Shown: positions 40,485 to 51,621, counted from the stretch's first letter. The stretch: DNA of 64,000 bases from an uncultured Nitrospiraceae bacterium (GCA_963846575.1 CAWJWJ010000001.1:320001-384000), one strand, 5' to 3'. Program-made: numbers and translations. Notes: a model not told the origin generated them from the sequence alone.

Positions 40485-41741
40485 ATGATCGATCACGGAA
40501 GCGGGAGTGACGTGTCAAGCCTAGCGCATTTTGTGAACATCTCATCATTCCACGGACGCGGACCCGGTCGAACCGTTTATCTCACGAAAAGGTACCTAGG
40601 CGACATTCTGGCGCGGTGTACCTTTGCTTTCTGTGTGTCGGCGGTCGCTTGTTTCGCCGCTGAAAACAACCCGGACAGCGAATGGCATTATGGCGGATAC
40701 GTGGATGTCGGTTATGCCGTCAATTTCAATTTCCCGGAAAACCACCTATGGCGAAGCAGGGGCACCACTCCGCGGGTGAATGAACTCGCGCCGAACATGC
40801 TGATGGCCTATGTGCAAAAGAATCCCACGGTCTCGTCGCGCTGGGGCATGGAATTCGGCATTCAAGGCGGTTATGACACCGACGCACTCATCCCGACGGC
40901 CATTCCAAACCGCGACCGGCCGGTGGATGGAGTCGATACGCTGCGGCATTTCTCCCGCGCGAATGTCTCTTACCTGGCACCCGTGGGCAACGGGCTGGTG
41001 CTGACCGCGGGGCTCTTCAACAGCTATATCGGATATCAGTCTATTTTCGCCAAGCAGAATTTGAACTATACCCGCACCTATATGGCCGACAACGCTCCGT
41101 ACTATATGTTCGGCGTGGCCGCTGAATACGCGATGACGCCCCGTCTGCAAACGAACTTCTACATCATCAACGGCTACAATTACCTGTCCCATCCGAACAA
41201 TCAATTCAGTTACGGGACACGCGTGTCCTACGCGGCCGACAACGGTGTAACCTTCACCGAAAACCTGTATTACGGGCCGGATCAATTCAATACGTCGCAG
41301 AGGTTTTGGCGGTTCTTTTCCGACAGCATCATCGAGTGGAAGCAGGACAGACTGACCCTCGCCTTCGCGTATGACATCGGAACCGAACAGGCGGCGGAAC
41401 AGGCGGGACACCCCCGCACGTTTTGGACGGCCGCGGCTCTCTATGCCCATTGGAAGGTGTCAGGTCCCTGGAGCGTGGCAGTTCGTCCGGAAGTCTATTG
41501 GGATCGTAATGGCAGGATCTCGGGCTCGGAGCAGTTGCTACGCGCGGTGACGACGACGCTCGAATACCGCATTCTCGCCTTACCTCAAAGCCTGGTCGCG
41601 CGTCTGGAGTACCGGTACGACGAGTCGACGGGAGCGGGCGGAGGATTTTTTCGCCGGGGCGAGATTGGGCCCGGCGTCATCGGCTTAGCCAAGGAACAAC
41701 AGCTCATCCTCTGCTCGCTTATCTGGGCGTTCGATCGATGA
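40485..41741 (+). CDS. Putative outer-membrane beta-barrel porin (DUF1597/BBP2-like); start probably further downstream
   Basis: GGYVDVGY, GLFNSYIGY, NYTR, aromatic-rich alternating strands, RLEYRYD, terminal WAF. Confidence 0.8.
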   Translation: MIDHGSGSDVSSLAHFVNISSFHGRGPGRTVYLTKRYLGDILARCTFAFCVSAVACFAAENNPDSEWHYGGYVDVGYAVNFNFPENHLWRSRGTTPRVNELAPNMLMAYVQKNPTVSSRWGMEFGIQGGYDTDALIPTAIPNRDRPVDGVDTLRHFSRANVSYLAPVGNGLVLTAGLFNSYIGYQSIFAKQNLNYTRTYMADNAPYYMFGVAAEYAMTPRLQTNFYIINGYNYLSHPNNQFSYGTRVSYAADNGVTFTENLYYGPDQFNTSQRFWRFFSDSIIEWKQDRLTLAFAYDIGTEQAAEQAGHPRTFWTAAALYAHWKVSGPWSVAVRPEVYWDRNGRISGSEQLLRAVTTTLEYRILALPQSLVARLEYRYDESTGAGGGFFRRGEIGPGVIGLAKEQQLILCSLIWAFDR

Positions 41742-41887
41742 CCGCTGCGCGGTCCTGACGCTGGAACACCAGTCTCACGGAGCGGATGCACCATGACCGT
41801 AGTTTCCGGGGTACAATTGCTGGCGAAGTTTTCCTCAATCACATGTGATATGATTCGTCGCCCTAGGACAGGCAGGTATAACACGCT

Positions 41888-42208
41888 ATGAGCACGCTTC
41901 TCATCTCACTGATTCTGGCCCTGGTCGCGGTGGCCTTTTCCCTGCAAAATACGGAGGCAGTGACAATCCGCTTCCTCCTCTTCGAGTATCAGACCTCGCT
42001 GGTGCTGGTCATCCTCGGCGGGCTGGCGATCGGCGCGATTCTGGCTTTGATTGCGTCCATCGGTCCCCGGCTCAGGCGGTCTCGTCAAATGCGGCAGTTG
42101 CAGGAAACCGTTGCCACGCAAGGAAGCCGCATTCATTCCCTGGAAGCGCAGCTTCAACAGGCGCAGCCCCCGGCCAAAGAATCCTCATCATTTCTCTCCG
42201 AATTATGA
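41888..42208 (+). CDS. LapA/DUF1049-family membrane protein
   Basis: Two TMs with FSLQNTEAVTIRFL and a C-terminal coiled coil. Confidence 0.85.
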   Translation: MSTLLISLILALVAVAFSLQNTEAVTIRFLLFEYQTSLVLVILGGLAIGAILALIASIGPRLRRSRQMRQLQETVATQGSRIHSLEAQLQQAQPPAKESSSFLSEL

Positions 42209-43419
42209 CGACAGCACCTCAATCCACTCGCTGGTTTCATGCCCCGTTTCAGATCCCATCCTATGTGCGCCATCTCGTGACCTGTAGCCTGTTCACGCTC
42301 ACTCTCTGCCCGGCCGCCTCCGGAAACCATGATGTCCCGATCCCTCTGTCGGAAGAAGGGTTCGCGGCTTCCATCGAGCCGCGCATCTCCGGAACCCTGA
42401 AGGCAGGGAACGAAGCCGTCACCCATCACAACTTGGGACTCGTCCTGCTCTCAAGACAGGACATCAAGGCGGCCACCGACGAATTCCGGACCGCCATTCA
42501 ACTGAGCCCTGAGTTCTCGGACGCCTATCACGGGTTGGGTCTCTGCCTGATGAAAACGGGAGACATTCCCGGTGCAATTCAACGGTATCGGCAGGCCATC
42601 CAGTTTGACCCGCTCTATTCGCTGGCCCACACCAACCTCGCGTTGGCCTTGGAGATGGATGGCGACATCGACGCCGCGGTGGAAGAATACCGCGAGGCGA
42701 TTCGCCTGCGGCCGGACAACGCGGTGGCACACAACAATCTCGGGATAGCTCTCAAGTTCTTGGGTGACGTGGACGGAGCGATCGCCGAATATCGATTGGC
42801 GATCAAGAGCCGCCCCGACAGCGCCCCGGCGCACAACAACCTCGGGGTCGCGCTGCAATCGAAGGGCGACCTCCAAGCTGCGATTCTCTCGTACCAGGAG
42901 GCATTCCGGTTGCAGGCCGGCGCCGGTGCGGTCTTGTATGCGCTCAATCTGGGGATGGCGTTGCAGACCAGCGGCAAAGTCGACGGCGCGCTGGGACTCT
43001 ATCGCACCGTCGTGCGACTCAAGCCGGAGCTCGCCGAGGTCCACTACCAGCTGGGAACGGCATGGCAGGTCAAGCAGGACCCTGACAAGGCCATTGCGGC
43101 ATACCAGGAAGCCATCCGCCTGCGACCGGACTATGCAGACGCCTATGCAGGACTGGGCACCGCCTACCAGTTAAAGGGCGATTCCGATCAGGCGCTGGCA
43201 AACTTGCAACGGGCCACTAACCTGCATACGGTAGCGGCGCTGATGCATTATCGATCCGGCATGAAATCCCTGGTCGCCGGAAAGCCGCGCAAAGCCGGAC
43301 ATGCCTTGGCGGAATTTCTCCGCTTGATCCCGGACAATCCCGATACACACGACAAAATCGTCACGGCCAAAAACATGCTGAGTGAACTCACCGAGCCGGC
43401 GCACAAGGACGCGCCATGA
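42205..43419 (+). CDS. TPR-repeat protein
   Basis: Multiple 34-aa repeats (AHNNLGxAL..A..Y..AI.L.PD). Confidence 0.9.
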   Translation: MTTAPQSTRWFHAPFQIPSYVRHLVTCSLFTLTLCPAASGNHDVPIPLSEEGFAASIEPRISGTLKAGNEAVTHHNLGLVLLSRQDIKAATDEFRTAIQLSPEFSDAYHGLGLCLMKTGDIPGAIQRYRQAIQFDPLYSLAHTNLALALEMDGDIDAAVEEYREAIRLRPDNAVAHNNLGIALKFLGDVDGAIAEYRLAIKSRPDSAPAHNNLGVALQSKGDLQAAILSYQEAFRLQAGAGAVLYALNLGMALQTSGKVDGALGLYRTVVRLKPELAEVHYQLGTAWQVKQDPDKAIAAYQEAIRLRPDYADAYAGLGTAYQLKGDSDQALANLQRATNLHTVAALMHYRSGMKSLVAGKPRKAGHALAEFLRLIPDNPDTHDKIVTAKNMLSELTEPAHKDAP

Positions 43420-43453
43420 CCCGATCGCGCTTCGGCCTTCTGGATGAGGGGTT

Positions 43454-44696
43454 GTGGACAGAGGGATAATTCGCGGTTGGCGCATTTTCGCCTGTGTCAT
43501 TACAATGACGATGCTGCCCTTGGCAGGCTGTCTCTCGCCCATTGCCCTGCACGAAGCGGTCCTGGAGTACGACCGCGCGGCCAACAGAATCCAATCGGAC
43601 ATGTTGCTGCTGAACATCGCGCGGGCGCATCATTTTCAACCCCTGCACTTCACCGCCGTTTCCAGTGTCGCCGCCACCTTCGATTTTACCGCCAACATCG
43701 GCATCTTACCTTCACAGGTGGAGCGCACCCCCTCGCCCGTCGCGCCGGGACTCGGCGTCAGCGTGGCCGAACGACCGACCATTACCATCGTACCGATCGA
43801 AGGGGAGGATTTTACCCGTCGCATCCTGGCCCCGATGGACTCTTCCCGGCTCTCGGCACTCTTTCAACAGGGGGCTGACTTCGGCCTGCTCTTTCGGCTG
43901 ATGGCCAAAGAAATTGCGGTGAGCGGATATGGGGAATCCCAATATCTGAGAAACGATCCGATCGACCGTGAACAGTATGTCGCCTTCCGCCGGAGGGTCC
44001 TCCATCTCTCATCTTTGAATCTTGCCCGTTCCCTGTATGTCGGACCGATTGTGTTCGAAGACGCGCTTCCCATCACCATCTCACCGAAAATGCCGTCGGG
44101 AGAGGGGCTGGCCGGACTCGACAAAGTCATCATGGCCCAGGACAAGGGATACTACTGGAACTCCCACTCCAGCGACGGCACCGTCGTGCTGACGAAACAG
44201 GTCATTGGGTCGCATTGCGATCACCAACTACGACATCAGCAAACTGCCCAACGAGGTCCGCCGTCGGCTGAATGAGGAAGCGAATCAGCTCCCGCAAAAT
44301 GCCGTGCTTATTGATGTCCGTCCGGGCGACCCGGGCGGGGACTTTCCGATGCATGGGTATTTTACCCTGAGAAGCTTCCACGCCATGATGCGGTTCATTG
44401 CCAACGGCATCGACGTGGCCCCGGAATTTCATGTCGAGAAGGATGCCCGAACCGGGGAAATCGCCAAAAACCCGCCATGGACCCTCCTGATCGAAGAGAC
44501 GGACAAGCGACCTGCCGAGGCGGCCTTCGCCATTCGCCATGAAGGTCGCTGGTATTCGATCCGCAGGGCTCCCCAGGTGGAAGGACTCACGTTTCCATGG
44601 AATCAGGAAGCGTTCCGTCTCTTGAATCACCTGTATCAGATGACCGTGACCGAGCTGCGGGATGTCCCCACGCCCGCGATTACCATTGCCAAGTAA
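43454..44696 (+). pseudogene. Lipoprotein (LLLNIAR type) split by a 1-nt insertion (or sequencing error)
   Basis: Lipobox LAGC. ORFs 43454-44275 and 44205-44696 join as VIGRIAITNYD if one G of GGG at 44207-44209 is removed. Confidence 0.75.
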
Positions 44697-44771
44697 ACTC
44701 TCCATCGAGGAGTCCTCCCGCCGCATGGAACGGCGGGCTCGAGCGGCCTCTGAACCCCACAGGAGATCCCC

Positions 44772-45311
44772 ATGCGGAAATGTGTGATGCCATCCCTCCT
44801 CCTCTGGATATTAGGCTGCGTGGTGGCGACATCATGGACGCTGTCCCCCGGGGCGACGGCGCAGCCGGCGGAAGGGCTCACGGCACCCGGCACGGCCTCT
44901 AAGACTGTGAAAGGAGAGTTGGTCCGGATCGAAGGACGCTACTACGTGCTCAAGGACGACCAGGGAAAGGAAATGCACCTGCTCGTTAGTCCGGATACCG
45001 TGGCCAAGGGCTCCTTCAAGACAGGAGATCGTATCGAAGTATCCGCCTCACCGATTGAGCATGCGATGTTCATCAAACCTCTCTCGCAGCGGCACGTGGA
45101 AATTGATTTGGAGGCCGCGACGCGCACGATTCGCGGCCGCCTCATCAAAATAGAAGGGAAGTACTACGTCTTGAAGGATGCCGCAGGCCATGAGTATCGC
45201 CTGCTCGTCACCGCGAGCACTGAAATGGTGGGAGCATTCGATCCGGGTGACGATCTTGAGATCGCAGTATCACCCGTTGAACATGCCATGAGCATCCGGG
45301 CGAATCCCTGA
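44772..45311 (+). CDS. Exported protein with two tandem OB-fold-like repeats
   Basis: Signal peptide; repeats TVKGELVRIEGRYYVLKD..SPIEHAM and TIRGRLIKIEGKYYVLKD..SPVEHAM. Confidence 0.8.
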   Translation: MRKCVMPSLLLWILGCVVATSWTLSPGATAQPAEGLTAPGTASKTVKGELVRIEGRYYVLKDDQGKEMHLLVSPDTVAKGSFKTGDRIEVSASPIEHAMFIKPLSQRHVEIDLEAATRTIRGRLIKIEGKYYVLKDAAGHEYRLLVTASTEMVGAFDPGDDLEIAVSPVEHAMSIRANP

Positions 45312-45370
45312 TCAGATCGAAGCATGAGGTTGCCGGACTGGTCACGTGAGTGGCGAACGCCGGGAGACAC

Positions 45371-46615
45371 TTAAGTTGCGCCGGTCCTCTGTCCACGAGG
45401 GCGAACCAGACGCCCGATGGTCAAGCCCTGCACGAGTATCGAAAACACCACTACGGCATAGGTAATGGTGACGATCGCGTTCCGCGGTTCTCCCTGCGGA
45501 ATCGACAGCGCCAGGGCCACCGAGATCCCGCCACGCAAACCTCCCCAGGTCAGCACGGCGATGGTTCGTTCGCTGAATTCGCGGACCAGACTGAAGAGTT
45601 TGATTTGCACGCCGACACTGAGGAATCTGGCCAGGAGCACAATCGGAATGGCCATGAGGCCTGCCAGGACATAGGGCCGTTCCAGACTCAGGACCAACAC
45701 TTCGAGGCCGATGAGGACGAACAGCACCGCGTTCAGTAACTCATCCACCAATTCCCAGAAATCATCGAGGTGCTCACGGGTCTTGTCTGACATGGCCCAC
45801 CGGCGGCCATGATTGCCGATGAAGAGCCCCGCAACCACAACCACGATCGGTCCTGACGTGTGCAGGGCATCCGCCAGCGCAAAGCCGCCCAGGACGAGCG
45901 CCAACGTGATCAGGATCTCGACCTGATAGTTATCTACCGACTTCAACATGCGGTAGGCGACATAGCCCAGCGCCCAGCCGAGCACAGCACCGCCGATGGC
46001 TTCCTCAATCAGCAGGGTAACGACGCCGAGCGCGGTGATGGAGCTCGGAGGAAGCAGGCTCAACAATACGATAAACACCACGACTCCGACACCGTCGTTA
46101 AAAAGCGATTCGCCGACGATTTTTACTTCCAGAGGTTTAGGCAGGCGGGCTTCTTTCAGAATACCCATCACGGCAATGGGATCGGTGGGTGCGATGAGCG
46201 CCCCGAACAGCAGGCAGTAGATCAGCGGGAGATCAAGCCCGGCAAAATTGAACAAATAATATCCCAGGGATCCGGTGACGACTGTCGATAGCACCACGCC
46301 GACGGACGCCAGCGCTCCGACCACCCACTTCTGATCCAACAATTCGGACAGATTAAGGTGCAACGCTCCGGCAAACAAGAGACAGCCCAACATGCCATGC
46401 ATGAGCGCTTCATTGAAATCGATGCCCATGATGAACCGTTTGGCCCCGTTTTCAATCCCGATTCCCAGCTTACCTAGCAACACCACCATGAGAGACAGGA
46501 CCAACGAAATGACCATGAGGCCAATCGTCTTGGGTAGCTTGAACAAGCGGTGGTTTACATAGCTGAAGACCGCTGCCAGGCAAACTAAGATGGTAATCGT
46601 GTGGATAAAGCTCAT
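45371..46615 (-). CDS. nhaP: NhaP-type (CPA1) Na+/H+ antiporter
   Basis: LLFAGALH, PTDPIAV, GESLFNDG, WGGLRGGISVALAL, VQGLT. Confidence 0.93.
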   Translation of the reverse strand: MSFIHTITILVCLAAVFSYVNHRLFKLPKTIGLMVISLVLSLMVVLLGKLGIGIENGAKRFIMGIDFNEALMHGMLGCLLFAGALHLNLSELLDQKWVVGALASVGVVLSTVVTGSLGYYLFNFAGLDLPLIYCLLFGALIAPTDPIAVMGILKEARLPKPLEVKIVGESLFNDGVGVVVFIVLLSLLPPSSITALGVVTLLIEEAIGGAVLGWALGYVAYRMLKSVDNYQVEILITLALVLGGFALADALHTSGPIVVVVAGLFIGNHGRRWAMSDKTREHLDDFWELVDELLNAVLFVLIGLEVLVLSLERPYVLAGLMAIPIVLLARFLSVGVQIKLFSLVREFSERTIAVLTWGGLRGGISVALALSIPQGEPRNAIVTITYAVVVFSILVQGLTIGRLVRPRGQRTGAT

Positions 46616-46886
46616 AGAAATTGTCGCAGAAGGTTCACTGCCCGGTTGACGGTTTCGGGGCGACTGCAGCGGTCGACTGAACAACGCCCGTTCTCTCTCT
46701 GCCGGCGTTCCTGTTTCGCATAGTCATGTCTACGTGCCACCATACTGCGGAGGAGAGGGTTGCACAATCCATTTTTCCTTGCATGCCGAATCCCCGGTGC
46801 GTTCATCGGGCGGGATGGGCGACCCTTCTCACGGCAGCGAGGTGACCGCGAGAACCGGTGCGCTGCGCGCACGCCGTGATCGTGGG

Positions 46887-47720
46887 CTATCGGTCCAGTG
46901 GAATATACATCTCGCCCACCAGCTTTTGCCCCTGGGGAGAGAGGGCCAGGTCGAGGAAGGCTCTGACCAGCGGCGAGGGCTGCGGCTTCGTCAAAAACAA
47001 CAGCGGGCGTTTCAGGCGATACTGTCCCGAGCGGAGGGTGGACGTCGCCGGTTCGACCCCGTCAATCAGGAGGATCCGGACAGATATTCCGTACGTCATC
47101 GCATCCAGCGCCGCCTTCAGGGAAAGAAATCCGATGGCATCCAGTTGTCCTGACACACGGCTGAGAACTTTCTGGTCGGAACGGATCGGCTCGGCTGCCT
47201 CGGGAATGCGGCTGACGACGCCGAGTGACCGCTCGAATCCGTCGGTGAGATTTTGATCGTCCGGGCGCACCACCAGTCGCACCCTGCCTGACGCCCTCTC
47301 GTCGAGTTCCGCCCAGTCCCGAACCGTTCCTGAAAACAGAGACGCCGCTTGGTCTGTCGTGAGGTCGGACACGGGATTGGAGAAATTCACGATCACGGCC
47401 AGCCCATCCCAGGCGACGGGAGTCGCCAACAAATCGGGTTCCTCCCTGCCACCGACCGCAAGATCGGCCTCGCCGTCCTTCACCATTTCGCCGGTGCGAA
47501 AATTCCGGTTCCAGCGAATGTCCACCGACGTGCCGATGTGCGCCTTCTCAAAGGCTTGAGCCAGTTCCTCGATCACGGGCCGCTCCGGACCTCGACCGGC
47601 GACGGTGATAGTGCCTCGCAATTCACCCGCGAGCCCCTCCGATGACAGGAAACTCGATACCAGTAGGAACGCCCAGATCCAACGGTCAGATGGATGAGCA
47701 CGAAAGCGGGACGTGTTCAT
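46887..47720 (-). CDS. PstS-like periplasmic substrate-binding protein (no permease genes adjacent)
   Basis: Signal peptide, VAWDGLAVIVN..NPV..LT, SG..DW, GQYRLKRPL, LSPQGQ. Confidence 0.75.
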   Translation of the reverse strand: MNTSRFRAHPSDRWIWAFLLVSSFLSSEGLAGELRGTITVAGRGPERPVIEELAQAFEKAHIGTSVDIRWNRNFRTGEMVKDGEADLAVGGREEPDLLATPVAWDGLAVIVNFSNPVSDLTTDQAASLFSGTVRDWAELDERASGRVRLVVRPDDQNLTDGFERSLGVVSRIPEAAEPIRSDQKVLSRVSGQLDAIGFLSLKAALDAMTYGISVRILLIDGVEPATSTLRSGQYRLKRPLLFLTKPQPSPLVRAFLDLALSPQGQKLVGEMYIPLDR

Positions 47721-48183
47721 TTTCCTTACACTCCAGGATGGCGAGACGAATCGGTTCCCACATCGTCGTTGCTGAGGCGTCGAGGTTCCTCTGGGCCGGA
47801 CCACCGGCCTCAAAGCGGGAATCGCAGCGAGCGGATCATAGCATTAACGCAGACGTTACGGTGAGTCCGGATGAGATACCCGGGCGCGTAGGTTATACAT
47901 TCGATGCCGGTGCCTATCCGCGAGAGAATCGAGCCATCCCCCCGCCCACATCCGCATCGGCCTCGCCGGCCTGGGGCAGCAAGGGGCAGGCACAGCCAGG
48001 ACCCTGCCCGAATACTTCCCATGCATGGTGTGATCATCATACGGCTCTCAGGCGAACCATCTGGCATGTACGTACCATCTGGTGCGCAACGCGTTGATCG
48101 GGGGAGTGGTCGCGCCCTTGGGACGCCCCTGGATTGCCTGAGTCGGGTCGATTCAACCACGCGACTGCCTTTCGAACGTCGCC

Positions 48184-48435
48184 GCGGGCCATCCGTGAGT
48201 CCGGACTCCGGCGGGAGGTCAACCGGCTTCAGAAAGAGGTGCACAAGGAAAACAACTTCCACCAGATTCTCGGAACAAGTCAGTCGATGCAAGCCGTGTT
48301 CGACCTGATCAAGCGCGTAACTGACAGCCCCGCCAATGTCTTGGTTAACGGCGAAAGGGGCACGGGAAAGGAGCTGATCGCCAAGGCCATTCACTACAAC
48401 AGCGACCGGCGCGATGCCCTTCGTTCCCGTCAATT
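48184..48435 (+). pseudogene. Duplicated internal fragment of the NtrC-family gene; inverted copy of 65-318
   Basis: Hand alignment to the reverse complement of 65-318 gives 20 substitutions and one 2-bp deletion. Confidence 0.92.
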
Positions 48436-48613
48436 CCACGCCCCCAACCGGCCTGCCAATTACCAGATTCCCGACATTTCCGCCTCATTTTCCCGTCAGC
48501 TATGGTGTCTCCACCATGCTTTGTGTACAATTCTCCCGCGCCCGGGATTTCGATCGGGAGCATCGTACGAAGTCCATCTGGCATCCTGTCCCACCCTTCT
48601 GCCAGGAGATACG

Positions 48614-50353
48614 ATGTATACGAATCATCCTCTACAGCAGTCCGACTCCCAGCAGGAAGCGACGCCTGATCGTACATCTGCGCCGACTCTTCCCGACGGG
48701 ACTGAGACGGCTGGCCTACTCGCGGCCTTGCGAGAGAAAACGGCAGCGCTCGAAGCGGAGGTGGCACGGCGACAACTCTCAGAGGAGCGTCTGCGTCGGC
48801 GGGATGCAGAAATGGCAGACTTTCTCGAAAATGCCGTTGAGAGTCTCCATCAAGTCGGACCCGATGGCACGATTATGTGGGCCAATAAGGCCGAACTGAG
48901 TATGCTGGGATTTGAAGCGCACGAATACATCGGACATAACATTACTGAATTCCATGCCGACCAACACGCCATCGCTGATATCTTGCGCCGCTTGCTCAAG
49001 GGCGAAACATTACACAACTACCCAGCCCGTTTGCGCTGCAAGGACGGGTCCATCAAGGACGTGCTGATTCATTCGAACGTGCGGTGGGAAGAGGGCGCCT
49101 TCAGTTATACCCGTTGTTTCACACGTGACATTACCGAGCGCAAGCGCTTGGAAACCGAGTTAGATCGGCGCGTAGAGGACCGCACGCGAGAACTGGTGGA
49201 GTCTCACCGGAAGCTCAGAACCTTAGCCGCGGAATTGAGCCTTGCGGAAAATCGGGTGCGTAAAACGCTGGCCAGTGAGCTGCACGATTATCTGGCTCAA
49301 CTTCTGATTGTCACCCGCCTGAAACTGGGACAGGCCACAGTCGAAGCCAAGCCGCATCCCAAACTCCAACAATTGTTGGAGGGCGCCGACGGGGTGCTCA
49401 ACGACGCGATCACCTACACGCGCTCCTTGATGGCGGAACTCAATCCGCCGATTCTGGGGTGCGGCCTACCCATGGGCCTGAAATGGTTAGCGGAGAAGTT
49501 TCGCGCCCATCACATTGACGTGCAGGTGGATATCCCGGAGTCCCTCGATCTGCAGCTTTCCGAGAATCAGTCCGGATTACTCTTTCAGTGCATTCGAGAA
49601 TTGCTGATGAATGTCGTGAAGCATGCCGAGACCGATCGAGCCACGATCACCTTGACTCGTACGGCTGAGCATGTGTCCGTTCATGTATCAGACAGTGGCA
49701 AAGGCTTCGGCCCTTCCGCGATACCCACAACGTTGAGCACGGACCAGTCCCTGACACAATTCGGTCTATTCAGTATTCGAGAACGCATGGAGGCACTGGG
49801 CGGTCGTCTGGACGTACAGTCGGGTCCCGATCAAGGAACCAGAGCGAGCCTGATACTGCCGTTAGCGGAGGCTGAACCCACGCTCCCTGTTCATGACGTC
49901 AGGACTGCGCCTCACGGCCTTGCCGGCATGAAATCGAGGGATTCCAACGCCTCCCTACGTATCCTCCTCGTTGATGACCACGCAATGGTGCGGGAAGGCC
50001 TGCGTGAGGTGTTGGAGGGTTATGCCGACATACAAGTCGTGGGTGAGGCCGCCGATGGGGAAGAGGCGATCGCTAAAGCGGACGCCCTCGTCCCGGACGT
50101 GGTCGTTATGGACATCAATCTGCCCAGAATAAATGGCATCGAGGCCACGAGGGAAATCAAGGCCCGAATTCCGCACACCATCGTCATAGGCCTATCGGTG
50201 CACCAGGCCAGCCAGGTTGAATTCGCACTCAAAGAAGCTGGCGGGTCGGCCTACGTGACCAAGGATTCCGCAGCCGCCTCGCTCTACGAAGCGATTCAAA
50301 TCGCAGTACAGCAGAGTCGCCCGCCGACCCTGCACGGCCGTGCTGAGTCATAG
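48614..50353 (+). CDS. PAS-HisKA_3-HATPase-REC hybrid kinase
   Basis: AGGAG RBS before ATG 48614, PAS (RLRCKDG..RDITERK), ELHDYLAQ, DSGKGF, GLFSIRER, REC with VDDH and MDINLP. Confidence 0.9.
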   Translation: MYTNHPLQQSDSQQEATPDRTSAPTLPDGTETAGLLAALREKTAALEAEVARRQLSEERLRRRDAEMADFLENAVESLHQVGPDGTIMWANKAELSMLGFEAHEYIGHNITEFHADQHAIADILRRLLKGETLHNYPARLRCKDGSIKDVLIHSNVRWEEGAFSYTRCFTRDITERKRLETELDRRVEDRTRELVESHRKLRTLAAELSLAENRVRKTLASELHDYLAQLLIVTRLKLGQATVEAKPHPKLQQLLEGADGVLNDAITYTRSLMAELNPPILGCGLPMGLKWLAEKFRAHHIDVQVDIPESLDLQLSENQSGLLFQCIRELLMNVVKHAETDRATITLTRTAEHVSVHVSDSGKGFGPSAIPTTLSTDQSLTQFGLFSIRERMEALGGRLDVQSGPDQGTRASLILPLAEAEPTLPVHDVRTAPHGLAGMKSRDSNASLRILLVDDHAMVREGLREVLEGYADIQVVGEAADGEEAIAKADALVPDVVVMDINLPRINGIEATREIKARIPHTIVIGLSVHQASQVEFALKEAGGSAYVTKDSAAASLYEAIQIAVQQSRPPTLHGRAES

Positions 50354-50751
50354 TCATACCTGAATGCACGATCGCGTCCACCCGCCTGTATTCACCCTCA
50401 GTTCCTCCCTTTCGAATGCAACGCCTGCCACTACCAGTTTTTTGTTCGTGATCCTGTCGCGAACTCGTGTTGCGCGATGAACCGATAATCCTTCCTTTAG
50501 CTGCCAGATGACCCAGGCGCGGGAATCCCCGCTCGTCAAATGATGGCGAGGCGACTTTACACCATCGACGGTCCGTCATCGAAGACCTACCGATCGTTCG
50601 AAATCACGTTTTAGCTGGCGACCAGCGACGGATGCGATAGATTTTTAGCTTGGGGCCAGGAATGGGAGAACCGTGAGCACAACATGCGCCCAGAGGGGCG
50701 AACAGCAACTTCACTGAATGCTCCCGGCTGATCATTCCACCCCTGCAGCCC

Positions 50752-50988
50752 ATGCCTCAATGGGCTCGATACAAATCAAAACCCTTGGACTGGAGTGACT
50801 TCGAGATGCCGGTTAATCACGTAAAAGCTTTGGCATTGACACAGAAACACCGAAACGCGTTTTGCTTTGGATGCGGACAAAGACCCGCGGACGCTCCGGC
50901 CGATACGATGTGGACGATCTGGACGGCCGATATGTTCTACTGTCCCGCCTGCGCGAAGGAGGAAGGCATCGGCCCGGATATGTACTGA
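50752..50988 (+). CDS. Small CxxC-CxxC protein
   Basis: CFGC..CPAC in a 78-aa ORF. Confidence 0.55.
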   Translation: MPQWARYKSKPLDWSDFEMPVNHVKALALTQKHRNAFCFGCGQRPADAPADTMWTIWTADMFYCPACAKEEGIGPDMY

Positions 50989-51621
50989 TCTTGACCGCAC
51001 CCGCTGATGGAACCGTCGTTCGGGCGGGGAGGAGGTAGTGAACACTGGCTCTCAGTTCCTGAGCCGGCGAGGATCCCGGCATGGGGGTTGCCCATTGTAT
51101 TCTTCCACTCGCCTCGGACATCTCCATGGCAGGGTCTTTGGACTGTTCGGGCGCACTGAATCGGGGGGATCGACAGGGACGGGAGTGAACCCGCCTCATC
51201 GAAAAATTTCCAAAGCCATACCTGATCGACGGCCGGCAGCTCGACACATTCCTCACCCAACGAACCTGGGGTCCCTGACTTCCCTCCGGCCGATCGACCC
51301 TCAGGGACCATTGACCGACCGGCAAATAAGTCCGCAATCTATTACCGCGGATGATTCCGGATGCTTAGGTGTCCGAATGGTGCAGCCGCTGGTGAAAGTG
51401 GCCTCAAGGCAAGGCTTGCCAGTGCTTTATCTGCGGCGTTCGCCCCCGCGTGGGGCCGTTATTCGAAATCCGTGATCTTAGGGCGGCACGCCATAGGTTA
51501 TTCGCGTCTGTCCTTGTTTTTACAATTCGGTTGGTCAAATGCAACTCCGTCGGTAAAGTATTGTTCACGGGTCGCCTTCCATCAGATCTGATTGGTCCAC
51601 CGCAGGGAGTCTTCACCCTCG

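Noticed and set aside
46616..46886. Possible Na+/Li+ or fluoride riboswitch upstream of nhaP
   Set aside because: Could not match the conserved cores by eye; an Rfam/Infernal scan would decide.
48134..48613. N-terminal 160 aa of the 739-aa ORF as a real sigma-54/kinase fusion
   Set aside because: Built from a decayed fragment plus non-natural sequence; TTG start without RBS, while ATG 48614 has AGGAG.
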